Assembly: GCA_964525675.1 (NCBI GenBank)
Contig: CAZGJW010000001.1
Coordinates: 40,467-104,466, forward strand
Direction: 5' to 3'
From: an uncultured Spirochaetota bacterium
GTDB taxonomy: Bacteria > Spirochaetota > B62-G9 > DRHN01
Length of the DNA stretch: 64,000 bases
Shown here: piece by piece, positions 28,742-39,620 of the stretch
How the letters are laid out: each line of letters opens with the position of its first letter
Position numbering within the stretch: the first letter of the stretch is position 1
Made by a program: the position numbers and the translations under genes
Notes under the pieces: generated by a model
The model's input: only the letters and a program-made list of their open reading frames with translations
Databases searched by the model: none
Told to the model about the DNA's origin: nothing

Positions 28742-31132
28742 ATGCGCAGTGCGAAGAGTAATCTCATGGCAACAGGTGGTGTGCTCAGTGATGTTGAACT
28801 CGAGAGGATGAATGCCTACTGGCGTGCGGCAAACTACCTCTCTGTAGGACAGATTTATCTCCTCGATAACCCCCTGCTGAAGCAACCACTCAAAGAGGAG
28901 CACATCAAACCGCGCCTTCTCGGACACTGGGGCACGACGCCCGGCCTCAACTTCATCTACGTGCACCTGAACCGGGTAATAAACAGGCTCAACCTGAACA
29001 TGATATATATCATTGGTCCCGGGCACGGAGGGCCCGCACTGGTTGCCAACACCTATCTGGAGGGGAGCTACAGTGAGGTGTATCCCCACATCTCGCAGGA
29101 CGAGGAGGGGATGCGCAGGTTGTTCAAGCAATTTTCATTTCCGGGCGGCGTTCCAAGCCACGTCGCACCGGAGACGCCCGGCTCCATACACGAGGGCGGA
29201 GAGCTCGGCTACGCGCTGTCGCACGCCTACGGTGCTGTATTTGACAATCCTGATCTGATCGTAGCCTGCATTGTCGGTGATGGTGAGGCCGAGACCGGTG
29301 CTTTGGCCGCAAGCTGGCACTCGAATAAATTCCTCAATCCCATAACCGATGGGGCCGTGCTGCCCATCCTTCACCTCAACGGTTTCAAGATCGCCAACCC
29401 TACGGTTCTTGCCCGCATGAGCAGCGGGGAGCTGAAAAGCTTTTTCACGGGCTGTGGTTATAAACCTCGTATCGTGGAAGGATCGGAGCCCGCGGAGATG
29501 CACCAGCTCATGGCGGCTACGCTCGACCGGAGCATACGGGAGATCAGGGCAATTCAAAGCAGTGCTCGGGAGAAGGGTGACGCTTCGCGGCCGATGTGGC
29601 CCATGATCGTGCTTATTACGCCCAAGGGCTGGACCGGGCCCAAAGAGGTGGACGGGAAAAAAACTGAAGGCTCCTGGCGGAGCCACCAGGTTCCCCTGTC
29701 CGGGATGGCGGGAAACTCATCCCACGTCAGGCAGCTCGAGGACTGGATGCGAAGCTACCGCCCCCAGGAGCTCTTCGACACAACGGGCAGGCTAAGATCG
29801 GAGATCGCCTCTCTGGCACCGAAAGGTTTGAGGCGTATGGGCGCGAACCCCCACACCAACGGAGGAATACTGCTACGCGATCTGAACCTACCGGATTTCA
29901 GGGCTTACGGTGTAAAGGTGGAAAACCCGGGGACGACAATGGCTGAGAGCACAAGAATCATGGGACAGTTCATCCGCGACGTCATGAAGCTCAATGCAGA
30001 GAGCAGAAACTTCATGGTGGTGGGTCCTGACGAGACGTCGTCTAATCGGCTGGACGCCCTGTTCGAAGTGACGGACCGGCGCTGGGTAGCGGAAGTCCGT
30101 CCCGGGGACGAACATCTGTCGCCAACTGGACGGGTGTGGGAGATCCTGAGCGAGCACACTTGCCAGGGCTGGCTGGAAGGGTATCTGCTCACTGGAAGAC
30201 ACGGGCTGTTCTCCAGTTACGAGGCCTTCATCCACATCGTCGATTCCATGTTCAACCAGCATGCCAAGTGGCTGAAGACGACCAGGTATATCAGCTGGCG
30301 GCGTCCCATCGCGTCGCTTAACTACCTTCTCTCCTCCCATGTGTGGCGCCAGGACAACAACGGCTTCTCCCATCAGGACCCGGGCTTTATCGATCACGTG
30401 GTGAACAAGAAGGCCGAGATTATACGGGTGTATCTGCCCCCCGATGCGAACACACTGCTTTCGGTTACGGCCCACTGCCTGAAAAGCCGTCACTACATAA
30501 ACGTCATCATCGCGGGAAAGCAGCCGGCACTCCAGTACCTTGATATGGATGCTGCTGTGAAACACTGCACGGCGGGGATCGGGATCTGGGAATGGGCGAG
30601 CAGCGATCAGGGAAGTGACCCTGACGTGGTGCTCGCCTGCGCGGGCGATATACCCACTCTCGAAGTCCTTGCAGCCGCTGATCTGCTGCGACAGCGATTC
30701 CCGGAGCTGAAGGTGCGCATTGTCAACGTGGTAGATCTGATGACGCTGCAGCCGGAGAAAGAGCACCCGCACGGTCTGTCGGACAAGGATTTCGATGCTA
30801 TCTTCACAACCGACAAGCCTATCATTTTCGCTTTTCACGGTTACCCATGGCTTATTCACCGGCTCACCTACCGGCGTACGAACCATCGAAACCTTCATGT
30901 CCGGGGCTACAAGGAGGAGGGAACGACCACCACGCCCTTCGACATGGTGGTGCTGAACGAGCTCGACCGCTACCATCTGCTGAATGACGTCATCGATCGC
31001 GTTACGTCGCTGGGACACAAGGCGGCCTATACGAAGCAGTACATCAGGGATAAACTGATTGAGCACCGGGAGTACATCAGGAAGTATGGTGAGGACACAC
31101 CAGAGATACGGAATTGGACATGGCCGTACTGA
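28742..31132 (+). CDS. xfp: xylulose-5-phosphate/fructose-6-phosphate phosphoketolase
   Basis: 796 aa. N-terminal [16 protein letters not shown] and the [15 protein letters not shown] and EGGELGY signatures of the XFP family. Confidence 0.9.
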   Translation: MRSAKSNLMATGGVLSDVELERMNAYWRAANYLSVGQIYLLDNPLLKQPLKEEHIKPRLLGHWGTTPGLNFIYVHLNRVINRLNLNMIYIIGPGHGGPALVANTYLEGSYSEVYPHISQDEEGMRRLFKQFSFPGGVPSHVAPETPGSIHEGGELGYALSHAYGAVFDNPDLIVACIVGDGEAETGALAASWHSNKFLNPITDGAVLPILHLNGFKIANPTVLARMSSGELKSFFTGCGYKPRIVEGSEPAEMHQLMAATLDRSIREIRAIQSSAREKGDASRPMWPMIVLITPKGWTGPKEVDGKKTEGSWRSHQVPLSGMAGNSSHVRQLEDWMRSYRPQELFDTTGRLRSEIASLAPKGLRRMGANPHTNGGILLRDLNLPDFRAYGVKVENPGTTMAESTRIMGQFIRDVMKLNAESRNFMVVGPDETSSNRLDALFEVTDRRWVAEVRPGDEHLSPTGRVWEILSEHTCQGWLEGYLLTGRHGLFSSYEAFIHIVDSMFNQHAKWLKTTRYISWRRPIASLNYLLSSHVWRQDNNGFSHQDPGFIDHVVNKKAEIIRVYLPPDANTLLSVTAHCLKSRHYINVIIAGKQPALQYLDMDAAVKHCTAGIGIWEWASSDQGSDPDVVLACAGDIPTLEVLAAADLLRQRFPELKVRIVNVVDLMTLQPEKEHPHGLSDKDFDAIFTTDKPIIFAFHGYPWLIHRLTYRRTNHRNLHVRGYKEEGTTTTPFDMVVLNELDRYHLLNDVIDRVTSLGHKAAYTKQYIRDKLIEHREYIRKYGEDTPEIRNWTWPY

Positions 31133-31254
31133 AATTCTGGGGAACTGGAATGTTTGCCACCAGCAATTTTTTCAAATTGAACAGATTTTTGAGAAACATT
31201 GTTTTACCCTCTTTTTCAAAAAGAGACACCTTTTAATATTCTTCACCATGTAAC

Positions 31255-32142
31255 GTGGTGGCAACTGGCAGGGCCACTGAGTTCGGCAAAATATCGGAAC
31301 GGCTTAAATTAAGGGCGCCAGAAACGGAGTTCCAGCGCGGGGTGCGCCGCTTCGGAAACTTGCTCCTTGAGATAACACTTATGCTGGTCATTTCGATTTT
31401 CGCAATCAACGTATACCTTCACCGCCCTGTTTTGGAGTCCTTTCCCTTTTCCCTTGCCCTCGCTGTGGGACTCACACCACAGCTTCTGCCCGTTATAATC
31501 AGCATCAATCTCGCCCACGGGGCGAAACTTATGGCCCGAAAGCGGGTAATCGTCAAGCATCTACCGGCGATCGAGAACTTCGGAAACATGTTCAGCATGG
31601 CCGGTGCCTCGCTCTTCCTGCCCTTCCTTCCCCTTCTACCAAAGCAAATCCTGTTGACGAATCTGCTGACCGACGTTCCCGAAATGACCATCGCTGCAGA
31701 CCATGTCGATCCTGAAACCGTTAAAAAACCGAGACGGTGGGATATCAGGTTTATACGCAGATTCATGCTCACCTTCGGTGTGCTCAGCTCGGCTTTCGAC
31801 TACGCGACATTCGCCGTGCTGCTTCTGTTGCTTCACGCATCAACTGAGCAGTTCAGGGCGGGGTGGTTCATCGAGTCGGTGGTATCCGCAACCCTCATTG
31901 TGCCGGTTATCAGAACGCCGAAGATTTGCCTCAAAGGCCGTCCTCACATGTCACTCGTCATTGCTACCCTGATCATTGCTGCAGTAATTCCATACAGCCC
32001 GCTTGCGAGGATTTTCTCTTTCCAGAAGGTTCCTCCTGTCTTCCTCCTCGCCGTCGGCTGTATCATTAGTACATATGTCGTTGCTGTTGAACTGGTGAAA
32101 AAACTATTCTATAAAACTGTACAGGTTAAGGCGCTTGACTAG
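31255..32142 (+). pseudogene. mgtA: remnant of Mg2+-importing P-type ATPase (MgtA-like): missing the N-terminal third and carrying a clean in-frame deletion of the whole P/N catalytic domains
   Basis: TEFGKI (end of the A-domain), TM3, and TM4 with LAVGLTPQLLP...KRVIVKHLPAIENFGNM are joined directly to FLPFLPLLPKQILLTNLL...KKPRRWD...RFML, which is the MgtA C-terminal TM bundle. There is no DKTGT or GDGxND. An in-frame stop lies 24 nt upstream of the GTG start. Confidence 0.6.
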
Positions 32143-34720
32143 AGATGGTATAAAAAAAAGACTGATCCACATTATTTTGCCCCTGGTGAGCGCCTCGCTC
32201 TTTGTTCTTGCTCTCCATGTGCTCTTTCGCGAGCTGCACGACTATAATTACCGGGCTGTGGTCCGGTATTTTCAGCAGATTCCCCGCCTGCGCCTGGCCC
32301 TGGCTGTTGCATCCAGCTTGATGAGCTATCTCATGCTGACATTCCACGATGTGCTTGGCCTGCGGTATGCGGGCCACTCACTGCCCTACGGCAAGATCGT
32401 TTTTACCTCCTATACGGGCTATGCTTTCAGTAACAGCGTAGGGTATTCATTTCTCAGTGGCGGGGCAATACGGTACCGTTTGTACTCGGCATGGGGACTG
32501 AGCACGCTTGAGATCGCAAAGGTAATCGTCTTCTGCTTTGTGACGTCTCTGCTCGGCTATTGTATGGTTGCAGGTGTGGTTTTCACAGTGGGGAGTGAGT
32601 CGATACCGTCGCCACTTCACCTTCCCGTACACTTTCGCACCGTAAGACCGATCGGTGTTGCTTTTCTTACACTTGTCATGCTCTACTTTGTATTGACGAT
32701 GACTATGAAAAGGCACTTCGTTATCCGTAAGATACAATTTGCATTCCCCAAGTACAGGCTGGCGCTATTGCAACTGAGCATCTCTTCCATGGACTGGTTT
32801 TTTGCTTCCGCAACCCTCTACTTGCTTTTTCCTCCCCACTCCGGTATATCTATCTTCGGCTTCATGGGTATCTACCTGCTCAGCCAACTCGCCGGATCGG
32901 CGAGTCAGGTTCCGGGAGGGCTTGGCGTTTTCGAGGTGGTCATGGTGCTTTTGCTCTCCTCGACTGTCACCCATTCGCAAATTATTGGAACATTGCTTTC
33001 CTTCAGGATTATCTACTACTTCATGCCCCTGGTGATTGCAAGCCTCATGTTCGGCACCTATGAGCTGCTCCATCGGGCCATGATCAAAAAAGGAGTGACA
33101 AATTCTTTTGTCAGTAGAGTGACGGCGCTTACCCCCCAGGTGTTTGCACTGCTGGTTTTTTTTGGAGGGACGCTGCTGCTCTTTTCCGGTTCGGTACCAT
33201 TTCTTACAAATCGGGCGGAGTTCATCTCCCGACTGCTCTCCCTATACACGATCGAGATAAGCCACTTTCTGGGAAGTATCATCGGTGTAAGCCTCCTTCT
33301 GCTCGCCCTGGGACTCCTGAAGCGTCTCAATGCAGCTTATTATGCCGTTATAGCCTTTCTCGCGCTGGGTATAGTGCTCTCGCTTCTGCGGGGCATGAGG
33401 TACGGCGTAGCCATTATGCTTTTACTCATACTTATTGCCCTGATCCCTTCACGGAAGCAGTTCTACCGCCAAACCGCACTCACCGCACATCGTTTCAGCT
33501 TAGAATGGAGCATTGTTATTTTTCTCATGATTCTGACGAGCACCTGGCTTGGTCTCTTCTCCTACAGGAACGTCAGGTATTCAGGCGAGCTTTGGTGGCA
33601 GTTCAGCCTGAAAGGCGATGCTTCGCGTTTTCTCAGGGCGAGTGTTGGCGTGGCCGTTGTGCTGCTTGCGTTTGGGATAAGCAGGCTTATACGCCCCGCT
33701 GAGTACAGAACCGCTCTCCCAAACAAGGAACAGCTCGAGAGGGCTCGAGCTATTATTATGAACTCTGACAATCCAAACGCCTCCCTTGCGCTGCTGGGTG
33801 ATAAGGCGTTTCTGTTCAGCAGGAAAGGGAACTGCTTTATCATGTATGGAGTTTGCAGGAGGAGCTGGATCGCACTGGGCGACCCCGTTGGGCCCAGGGA
33901 GGAGTGGAGGGATCTTATACTGGATTACCACACTGTATGTAACCGGTATGGCGGTCTTTCCGTCTTCTACGAGATTGCCGAGGAACACACAACGCTCTAC
34001 CGTGATCTTGGCCTCTCCTTGTTCAAGTTCGGAGAGGAAGCGTGGGTCAACCTCCCAAGCTTCAGCATGGAGGGAGGAGCGCGCAGTGATTTTCGCCACA
34101 TGATCAACCGCATAGGGAAGCAGGGATGGACCTTCGAAATCGTTGCTCCTGAGAATGTTCCGGACATCCTTCCGGAATTAAAACATATCTCCGATGAATG
34201 GTTGGCCATGAAAAACGCTGAAGAAAAAGGCTTCTCCCTCGGCTTCTTCGATGCCGATTATCTGTCAGGTTGCCCCCACGCCGTTTTAATGCGCGGGAAA
34301 GAAATCAGCGCATTCGTCAATATCCTGACCGGTACGGGAAGGGAGGTATTTTCCCTCGACCTTATGCGTTACGGGTCGAATGCGCCGGAGCATGCGATGG
34401 AGTTTCTCTTTCTTAAGCTTATCCAGTGGGGAAGACTGAACGGGTACATCTGGTTCAACCTTGGTATGGTGCCGCTTGGTGGGCTGAAGGACGATGATCT
34501 CTCGCCGGTGTGGGACCGAATTGGAACTTTAATTTTTCGCCAGGGTGAGCACTTCTATCATTTTCAGGGTTTGCGGGAGTTCAAAGAGAAGTTTGATCCT
34601 GTCTGGAAACCCCGGTACCTCGCCCTGCCCGGCGGTCTTGCCCTCCCACGGGTACTCTTCGATGTGGCGACGCTTATATCGAAGGGCAGGGGCATTGATG
34701 TCGCGGGTCGTGGAAAATAA
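32135..34720 (+). CDS. mprF: bifunctional lysyl-phosphatidylglycerol flippase/synthase MprF
   Basis: 861 aa. A polytopic N-terminal half plus a C-terminal LPG-synthase (DUF2156) domain, with LGDKAFLFS...WIALGDPVG. Confidence 0.85.
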   Translation: MTRDGIKKRLIHIILPLVSASLFVLALHVLFRELHDYNYRAVVRYFQQIPRLRLALAVASSLMSYLMLTFHDVLGLRYAGHSLPYGKIVFTSYTGYAFSNSVGYSFLSGGAIRYRLYSAWGLSTLEIAKVIVFCFVTSLLGYCMVAGVVFTVGSESIPSPLHLPVHFRTVRPIGVAFLTLVMLYFVLTMTMKRHFVIRKIQFAFPKYRLALLQLSISSMDWFFASATLYLLFPPHSGISIFGFMGIYLLSQLAGSASQVPGGLGVFEVVMVLLLSSTVTHSQIIGTLLSFRIIYYFMPLVIASLMFGTYELLHRAMIKKGVTNSFVSRVTALTPQVFALLVFFGGTLLLFSGSVPFLTNRAEFISRLLSLYTIEISHFLGSIIGVSLLLLALGLLKRLNAAYYAVIAFLALGIVLSLLRGMRYGVAIMLLLILIALIPSRKQFYRQTALTAHRFSLEWSIVIFLMILTSTWLGLFSYRNVRYSGELWWQFSLKGDASRFLRASVGVAVVLLAFGISRLIRPAEYRTALPNKEQLERARAIIMNSDNPNASLALLGDKAFLFSRKGNCFIMYGVCRRSWIALGDPVGPREEWRDLILDYHTVCNRYGGLSVFYEIAEEHTTLYRDLGLSLFKFGEEAWVNLPSFSMEGGARSDFRHMINRIGKQGWTFEIVAPENVPDILPELKHISDEWLAMKNAEEKGFSLGFFDADYLSGCPHAVLMRGKEISAFVNILTGTGREVFSLDLMRYGSNAPEHAMEFLFLKLIQWGRLNGYIWFNLGMVPLGGLKDDDLSPVWDRIGTLIFRQGEHFYHFQGLREFKEKFDPVWKPRYLALPGGLALPRVLFDVATLISKGRGIDVAGRGK

Positions 34721-34747
34721 TGTCGTGATTGAGGCTAAGGTGTACTG

Positions 34748-35155
34748 TCACGCTTTGAAGAACATGCGTACCTTGGCGGCTATCTGCCGGTCGGTCATCT
34801 TATCCGCCCTTTGGACACCTTTTACACGGCTGCCAAGTTCCTTCGATCTATGGATATGTTTCTCCAATTCCTCTTTTGCCTCCCCGGGCCCGAAGATCAG
34901 GATCGACTCAGCATCACGCAGGAATTCAGTCACCGATTCATAGTATGCATCCAGATGATGTTGGTATTTTCTGTCCACTTTACCCTCTGCCGCCACATCC
35001 TGCGGACCGTAAGGAGTTGAGGATCTCGACCCGCCGGCAAGCCGAACATGTTTCCCGATGTCCGATTTGACGATTTGGTTCCGCTCCGTACCTTTTTCGA
35101 GTATCACAAGAACCGCTTTTCTATGATCAATCCATATACCTACCTTTTCCCCCAT
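34748..35155 (-). CDS. hypothetical cytoplasmic protein (135 aa)
   Basis: Complete ORF with RBS-like GGAGG upstream. No motif I can recognise. Confidence 0.4.
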   Translation of the reverse strand: MGEKVGIWIDHRKAVLVILEKGTERNQIVKSDIGKHVRLAGGSRSSTPYGPQDVAAEGKVDRKYQHHLDAYYESVTEFLRDAESILIFGPGEAKEELEKHIHRSKELGSRVKGVQRADKMTDRQIAAKVRMFFKA

Positions 35156-35469
35156 GGTAGAATCCCTCCTGTGTTACGTCTATTCCTGCTGTCGATATAC
35201 TTTCCCGATTACCGGCAGATCTCGATACTTTTTATGGCTCAGTCGTTTCACGGAGCTCATCCCTGCAAGCGTTTCTATGAGATGCAGGTACCGACTCGAA
35301 TACCGCAGCAGTTTTCCTCTGGCTATTTGGGTTTCTTCACCTTAACATAGAACCCCCCTTTCAGATATAAAAAAATGTCGCCCGTGTGGGCTGCATGTTA
35401 TTCAGCCGATTTCGGCATTTCAAAATGTGTTTGCTGACAATGCGATATTGCCAGAGATAGGCTTAAATA

Positions 35470-35625
35470 TAGGTAAGTAAACTTATCAATCTTAGAAGTT
35501 GAAAATTATCACTTACCTGATGGTTTTTACCTAAAGTATGTAATATTACGGCAATGTAGTATAATATAGTCATTTGTATTCGAAATTCTGGTACAAAATG
35601 CCAGAATTCTAATGGATAAAACCAT
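35470..35625. repeat. structured ~157-bp repeat element, copy A; it contains the palindrome AATTCTGGTACAAAATGCCAGAATT and the inner inverted repeat AGGTAAGT/ACTTACCT
   Basis: About 98% identical to the reverse complement of 48779-48935. A diverged same-orientation copy lies at 38672-38786. Confidence 0.8.
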
Positions 35626-35660
35626 AGCTGAATAGTTACGTTTTTTATTAACTTTTAAGG

Positions 35661-36428
35661 ATGAAACATGGTAATAATAAGAAACAAATTCATCATGAAG
35701 GAGGTTTGATTGTGAAACGGTCGATACTAATTGTTACGGTTTTACTGATCACAGCTTTTTTACTCGTCGGCTGCGTTTCCACCAAGAAGTTCGAAAAACT
35801 CGAGTCAGACAACGCACGCATCAAGTCTGAAAACGCAACTCTCAAAAAGGACCTTGATCGGGCACATGCCCGGATAGCCGAGCATGAACAGCAGATCGCC
35901 ACGCTTCAGAAGGAACAGGAACAGGAAGTTGTAGCGCTGAAACAGACCTACGATAATCTCATCGGTGAGCTGAAGAAAGAGATCGACAGCGGGGAAATCC
36001 AGGTCCAGCAGATCAAAGGACGCCTGCAACTGACAGTTGCGGAACGCCTGTTCTTCGATACCGGCAAGGCTGAGATAAAGTCGGAGGGACAGGCTGTGCT
36101 GCGCCGTATCGGGCCAATCCTAAAAAAGATACCCGAGAAGAATATCAGGGTCGAGGGCCATACCGACAATGTGCCGATCGGAAAGTCACTGCGTGGGCAA
36201 TATTCAAGTAACTGGGAGCTTGGAGCAGCACGGGCGGTCAATGTGGTGCGTTTTCTGCAAAATGAGTCGGGTATCGATCCCCTGCGCCTGAGCGCGGTCT
36301 CCTACGGCCAGTACCGTCCCATCGCAACGAACAGGACCAAACAGGGACAGTCAAAAAACAGACGAATCGAGATCATACTGATCGACAGGGATCTGGACCT
36401 GGCGAAGAAGATGCGACAGAACCTCTAA
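35661..36428 (+). CDS. OmpA/MotB-family peptidoglycan-associated lipoprotein with an N-terminal coiled coil
   Basis: LVGCVS lipobox. The OmpA_C domain is present (RVEGHTDNVPIG...NRRIEI). The RBS is AAGGA. Confidence 0.75.
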   Translation: MKHGNNKKQIHHEGGLIVKRSILIVTVLLITAFLLVGCVSTKKFEKLESDNARIKSENATLKKDLDRAHARIAEHEQQIATLQKEQEQEVVALKQTYDNLIGELKKEIDSGEIQVQQIKGRLQLTVAERLFFDTGKAEIKSEGQAVLRRIGPILKKIPEKNIRVEGHTDNVPIGKSLRGQYSSNWELGAARAVNVVRFLQNESGIDPLRLSAVSYGQYRPIATNRTKQGQSKNRRIEIILIDRDLDLAKKMRQNL

Positions 36429-36459
36429 GACATTTTACCATAACAGAAGCTCATGCTCA

Positions 36460-37638
36460 TCAGAGCGACTTCTCGAGATTGAAGAGGGATGTACGAAAAT
36501 AGAGGATGGGCTTATTTCCGCTCTGGAGCCCCCGGGCTATGAAGAGCTCAGTTTTGAAATGGCTGTTTTTCTGCCCGGAGAGTACAAAGGAAAACCCTGC
36601 ACCAAGGCTTGCGAGATAGTGAAGATCGGACTTCAAACCGATGCTTTCCTGATAGAGAAGCGAATCGATAAGCAGTTTCAGCCTGAACTGGTGAATTCTG
36701 AGGCGGTTTTTCAAAAGAGTGAGCTCTCTATCTCTGAACAGCTCGTGTTCAGTATCGACTGTGAAAAGGTTGAAGCTGAATGCGTTGATTGATCTATTCT
36801 CATATCCCCGAATGGTGTCGAAGCCGCCGAGCTCGTAATAACCTGCAAGCTTCTTTTCCCAGATTGCGATTGGATAGTCGAGTGTCCCCCTGAGAATGAA
36901 AAACCAGCTACTCCGGATATTGCAGTGGTATAGAAGCTGATTCTCGTTACGCATGTCAACCGGTGTGTCGAAGCCATCCCGAAACCGTGCCTTGAAGACC
37001 GTGCGGTAATTGAGGCCTTTGAAGTAGAGCTTGTTCGTTGGATCGAGCGCCCTCACACCGTCGTATATGAAGCTGAGCTTGGGCACCAGATCGAAACCAT
37101 CCTCGAGGACCCGTGCTTCGGTCAGGCTCCCCTTGAACACATCGTCAAGCAGGAATGCAGGCTCCAGGTACAGCTTGGGAGCCAGACGATAGCCAATCCC
37201 CACTTCAAAGCCCCTGTTGCGCTCTATATATTTGTCTGTGGGAACGAGCACGATGTCCGAACCGCTTATCCCCGGCGCTACCAGATTCTCGAAGTCCGTG
37301 CTCTGAAAAAATTTTAGATAGGGCCGGAAGCGTTTGATATTATAGGCAAATATAAGCTCGCTGTTGATATTGCTTGAGATAATGCCGTAGCCCAGATAAA
37401 AGATGAGATCCAGTCTATTGAAGGGTTGTGTGAATGAGAGCGTCACATTGCCGCTTGGAAGGACAAGATCGAGAGACGGACTCACCTGTGCTCGCACCTC
37501 TGAATATTTCACATTCAGCTTCTTAGCCTCTTCAGTCTTCGGTTCATCACTCACTTTTTCTTCGGCTGCCACCCTGGTTCCAAAGAAAGAAATCATGGCA
37601 ATGAAAAGAAAAGACAATGATACGATGCGTGTTTTCAT
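36460..37638 (-). CDS. putative outer-membrane beta-barrel protein
   Basis: A signal peptide follows the ATG at 37638. The sequence shows an alternating hydrophobic pattern and is rich in Y/F/G. It sits in an envelope-gene context. Confidence 0.45.
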   Translation of the reverse strand: MKTRIVSLSFLFIAMISFFGTRVAAEEKVSDEPKTEEAKKLNVKYSEVRAQVSPSLDLVLPSGNVTLSFTQPFNRLDLIFYLGYGIISSNINSELIFAYNIKRFRPYLKFFQSTDFENLVAPGISGSDIVLVPTDKYIERNRGFEVGIGYRLAPKLYLEPAFLLDDVFKGSLTEARVLEDGFDLVPKLSFIYDGVRALDPTNKLYFKGLNYRTVFKARFRDGFDTPVDMRNENQLLYHCNIRSSWFFILRGTLDYPIAIWEKKLAGYYELGGFDTIRGYENRSINAFSFNLFTVDTEHELFRDRELTLLKNRLRIHQFRLKLLIDSLLYQESIGLKSDLHYLASLGAGFSFVLSGQKNSHFKTELFIARGLQSGNKPILYFRTSLFNLEKSL

Positions 37639-37787
37639 AAACCAATTCCCATGTGAAACAAAAGGCATTACGGTATAAAAAGATCTATCAGTCTTCAACT
37701 TAAAATTGCCGCCGGTACTGAATTTCAGTATACTTCTATATCGTACATTCTTGCAAATATTTCGTAATGCACTGAAAGGAGGACTGT

Positions 37788-38033
37788 ATGAAGTTCGTTA
37801 TTGGCATCATCATCGGTATTCTCGTTATCGTTTTCATGGTACAGAACGTAGAGGTCATTGATATAACCTTCCTTGCATGGACCATGCATCTGCCCCGTGC
37901 AATCATGATCCTGATTGTTTTCGTGCTTGGCATCTGCGTTGGGTATGTCGCACGAGGTGTTCGCACCCGAAAGAAGGAGAAGAAAGAAGAGCTCGAAGAC
38001 CTGAAAGAATCTGCAAAGGACGCGCGGAAATAA
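37788..38033 (+). CDS. LapA-like small inner-membrane protein (DUF1049)
   Basis: 81 aa, two TM helices, a Lys/Glu-rich tail, and a strong RBS (AAAGGAGG). Confidence 0.5.
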   Translation: MKFVIGIIIGILVIVFMVQNVEVIDITFLAWTMHLPRAIMILIVFVLGICVGYVARGVRTRKKEKKEELEDLKESAKDARK

Positions 38034-38671
38034 CAAAGAGTCGCTCTATAACTGCCTCTTGATAGATGTGCAATTTTCCTGTTATTTTGCAGGAAGCTTT
38101 TTACGCAACCTCTGCGCTATGTTCCTTTCAATGAGTATGATCTCGGCTCTCCTGTTCTTTGCCAATATCTAACTCAAGGATATTGTGTATCTTTTTTTTC
38201 AGCACGTTTGAGCATTCGTAACTATTCATTTCTCTTTCAAAACGTCTTTTCAAACCTAAAGAGTGATGTTTTTAAAATAGAAGGGCAAACTTGAAGTCAG
38301 GGAAGTGAATACTTTCTATTCATCATTACCTTGTTCATCCTTAGGTCGTTCCATGATTAAATCCTCACCCGCCTGTTTTGTTTCACTAATCTTTTGCTCA
38401 AGTTCTGCTTTATCATTCTTAAGTGATTTTACAGTCTTCTTGAGTCTTCTATTTTTAAATATGATAAAAATACAGGACAAATTACTATACTTCGAGGTAT
38501 AAACCATAGCAATTGGCGTCTTTCTTACAGGTAAAGCTAAAAGCAACAGTAAAAGAAATTATTTATGGTTTTATCCTTCTTCTGCTGCTCTTCAGTTCTG
38601 AGTACCTTCCCACTTCTGCAGCCTTCAAAAATAGGCAAGTGAACTTCCAAACGTAAAAGGTTCAAATCGAC

Positions 38672-38786
38672 ACTTGCCTAATGGTTTTTACCTATAGAAT
38701 GCAATGATAGGTAATTGTAACATAATAAGTCAGTTGAGCATCAAAATTCTGGTACAAAAAACCAGAATTTTGATGGATAAAACCAT
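38672..38786. repeat. diverged partial copy B of the repeat element (same orientation as copy A)
   Basis: It shares AATGGTTTTTACCT...AAATTCTGGTACAAAAAACCAGAATTTTGATGGATAAAACCAT with copy A at about 75% identity. Confidence 0.6.
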
Positions 38787-38980
38787 AATTTTAATATTCA
38801 CGAAATGAAAACCGGCCTTCTCATTAACATTCTACCCGGAACAGAACATTTAATCAACAAAGAAGTTATTCGGACGCTTCGCGTCCGAATAATGCCGCCG
38901 GTGAGCAGCGATACGAAGACGCATTTCTTCCGAATAGTTCAACTAATTGTAAACCATTTTTTCTCAAAAGGAAAAATCTC

Positions 38981-39250
38981 TTGACTGATATGCTCAGAAT
39001 ATACACATTAATACATATAATACTATGTATCAGAGCCTTCAAGGAGACCAAGATGAGAACCACATTAAATATAGACGACACACTGATTGAAAGAGCATCC
39101 AAATTAACAGGGATAAAGGAAAAAACGTCTCTGGTAAAACGCGGTTTGGAATCGTTGATTGCTCTTGAAAGCAGCAAAAGACTTTCACAATTGGGGGGTA
39201 GTGAAAAAAAACTGAATCCTGTTCCCCGAAGAAGAACATCGGGTGAATGA
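38981..39250 (+). CDS. vapB: type II antitoxin, VapB/ribbon-helix-helix-like
   Basis: MRTTLNIDDTLIERASKL start. 89 aa. The stop overlaps the vapC start. Confidence 0.6.
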   Translation: MTDMLRIYTLIHIILCIRAFKETKMRTTLNIDDTLIERASKLTGIKEKTSLVKRGLESLIALESSKRLSQLGGSEKKLNPVPRRRTSGE

Positions 39251-39620
39251 TATGGTTCTGGTCGATACATCTGTCTGGATATCCCACCTGCGCACTGGCG
39301 AGCCTGATCTTGAGATTCTCCTCAACAACGGGAATGTTATCTGTCATTTGTTTATAATCGGAGAACTTGCCTGCGGCAATCTGAAGAACCGGTCTGAGAT
39401 TCTTTCACTTCTCCAGGCGCTCCCCCGGGCCGAATGTGCCGGTGATGAAGAGGTCCTGTACTTTATCGAAAAAAACCATCTTACGGGCAGGGGAATAGGA
39501 TATATTGACGCTCATCTGCTCGCTTCCGCGGTGCTGACTGACGCCCCGATATGGACCTTCGACGTACAGTTACAGAAGGCAGCATCTAATTTAGGTTTGA
39601 GCGCAGGGACCCATGAATAA
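39243..39620 (+). CDS. vapC: type II toxin VapC (PIN-domain ribonuclease)
   Basis: MVLVDTSVWISHLR with conserved PIN acidic residues. 125 aa. Confidence 0.75.
   Translation: MNDMVLVDTSVWISHLRTGEPDLEILLNNGNVICHLFIIGELACGNLKNRSEILSLLQALPRAECAGDEEVLYFIEKNHLTGRGIGYIDAHLLASAVLTDAPIWTFDVQLQKAASNLGLSAGTHE

Noticed and set aside
29888-31066. 392-aa minus-strand ORF (and several others of 60-200 aa) lying antisense inside xfp, glgP, clpA, acnA, the beta-helix gene, trkH, etc.
   Set aside because: Each is fully embedded antisense in a gene with strong family-level conservation. The compositions are Arg/Pro/Ser-rich, which is typical of antisense frames in moderate-to-high-GC genes.
38650-38680. GGTTCAAATC T-loop-like string suggesting a tRNA
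   Set aside because: The flanking bases cannot form a T-stem or an acceptor stem, and the string lies inside repeat copy B.
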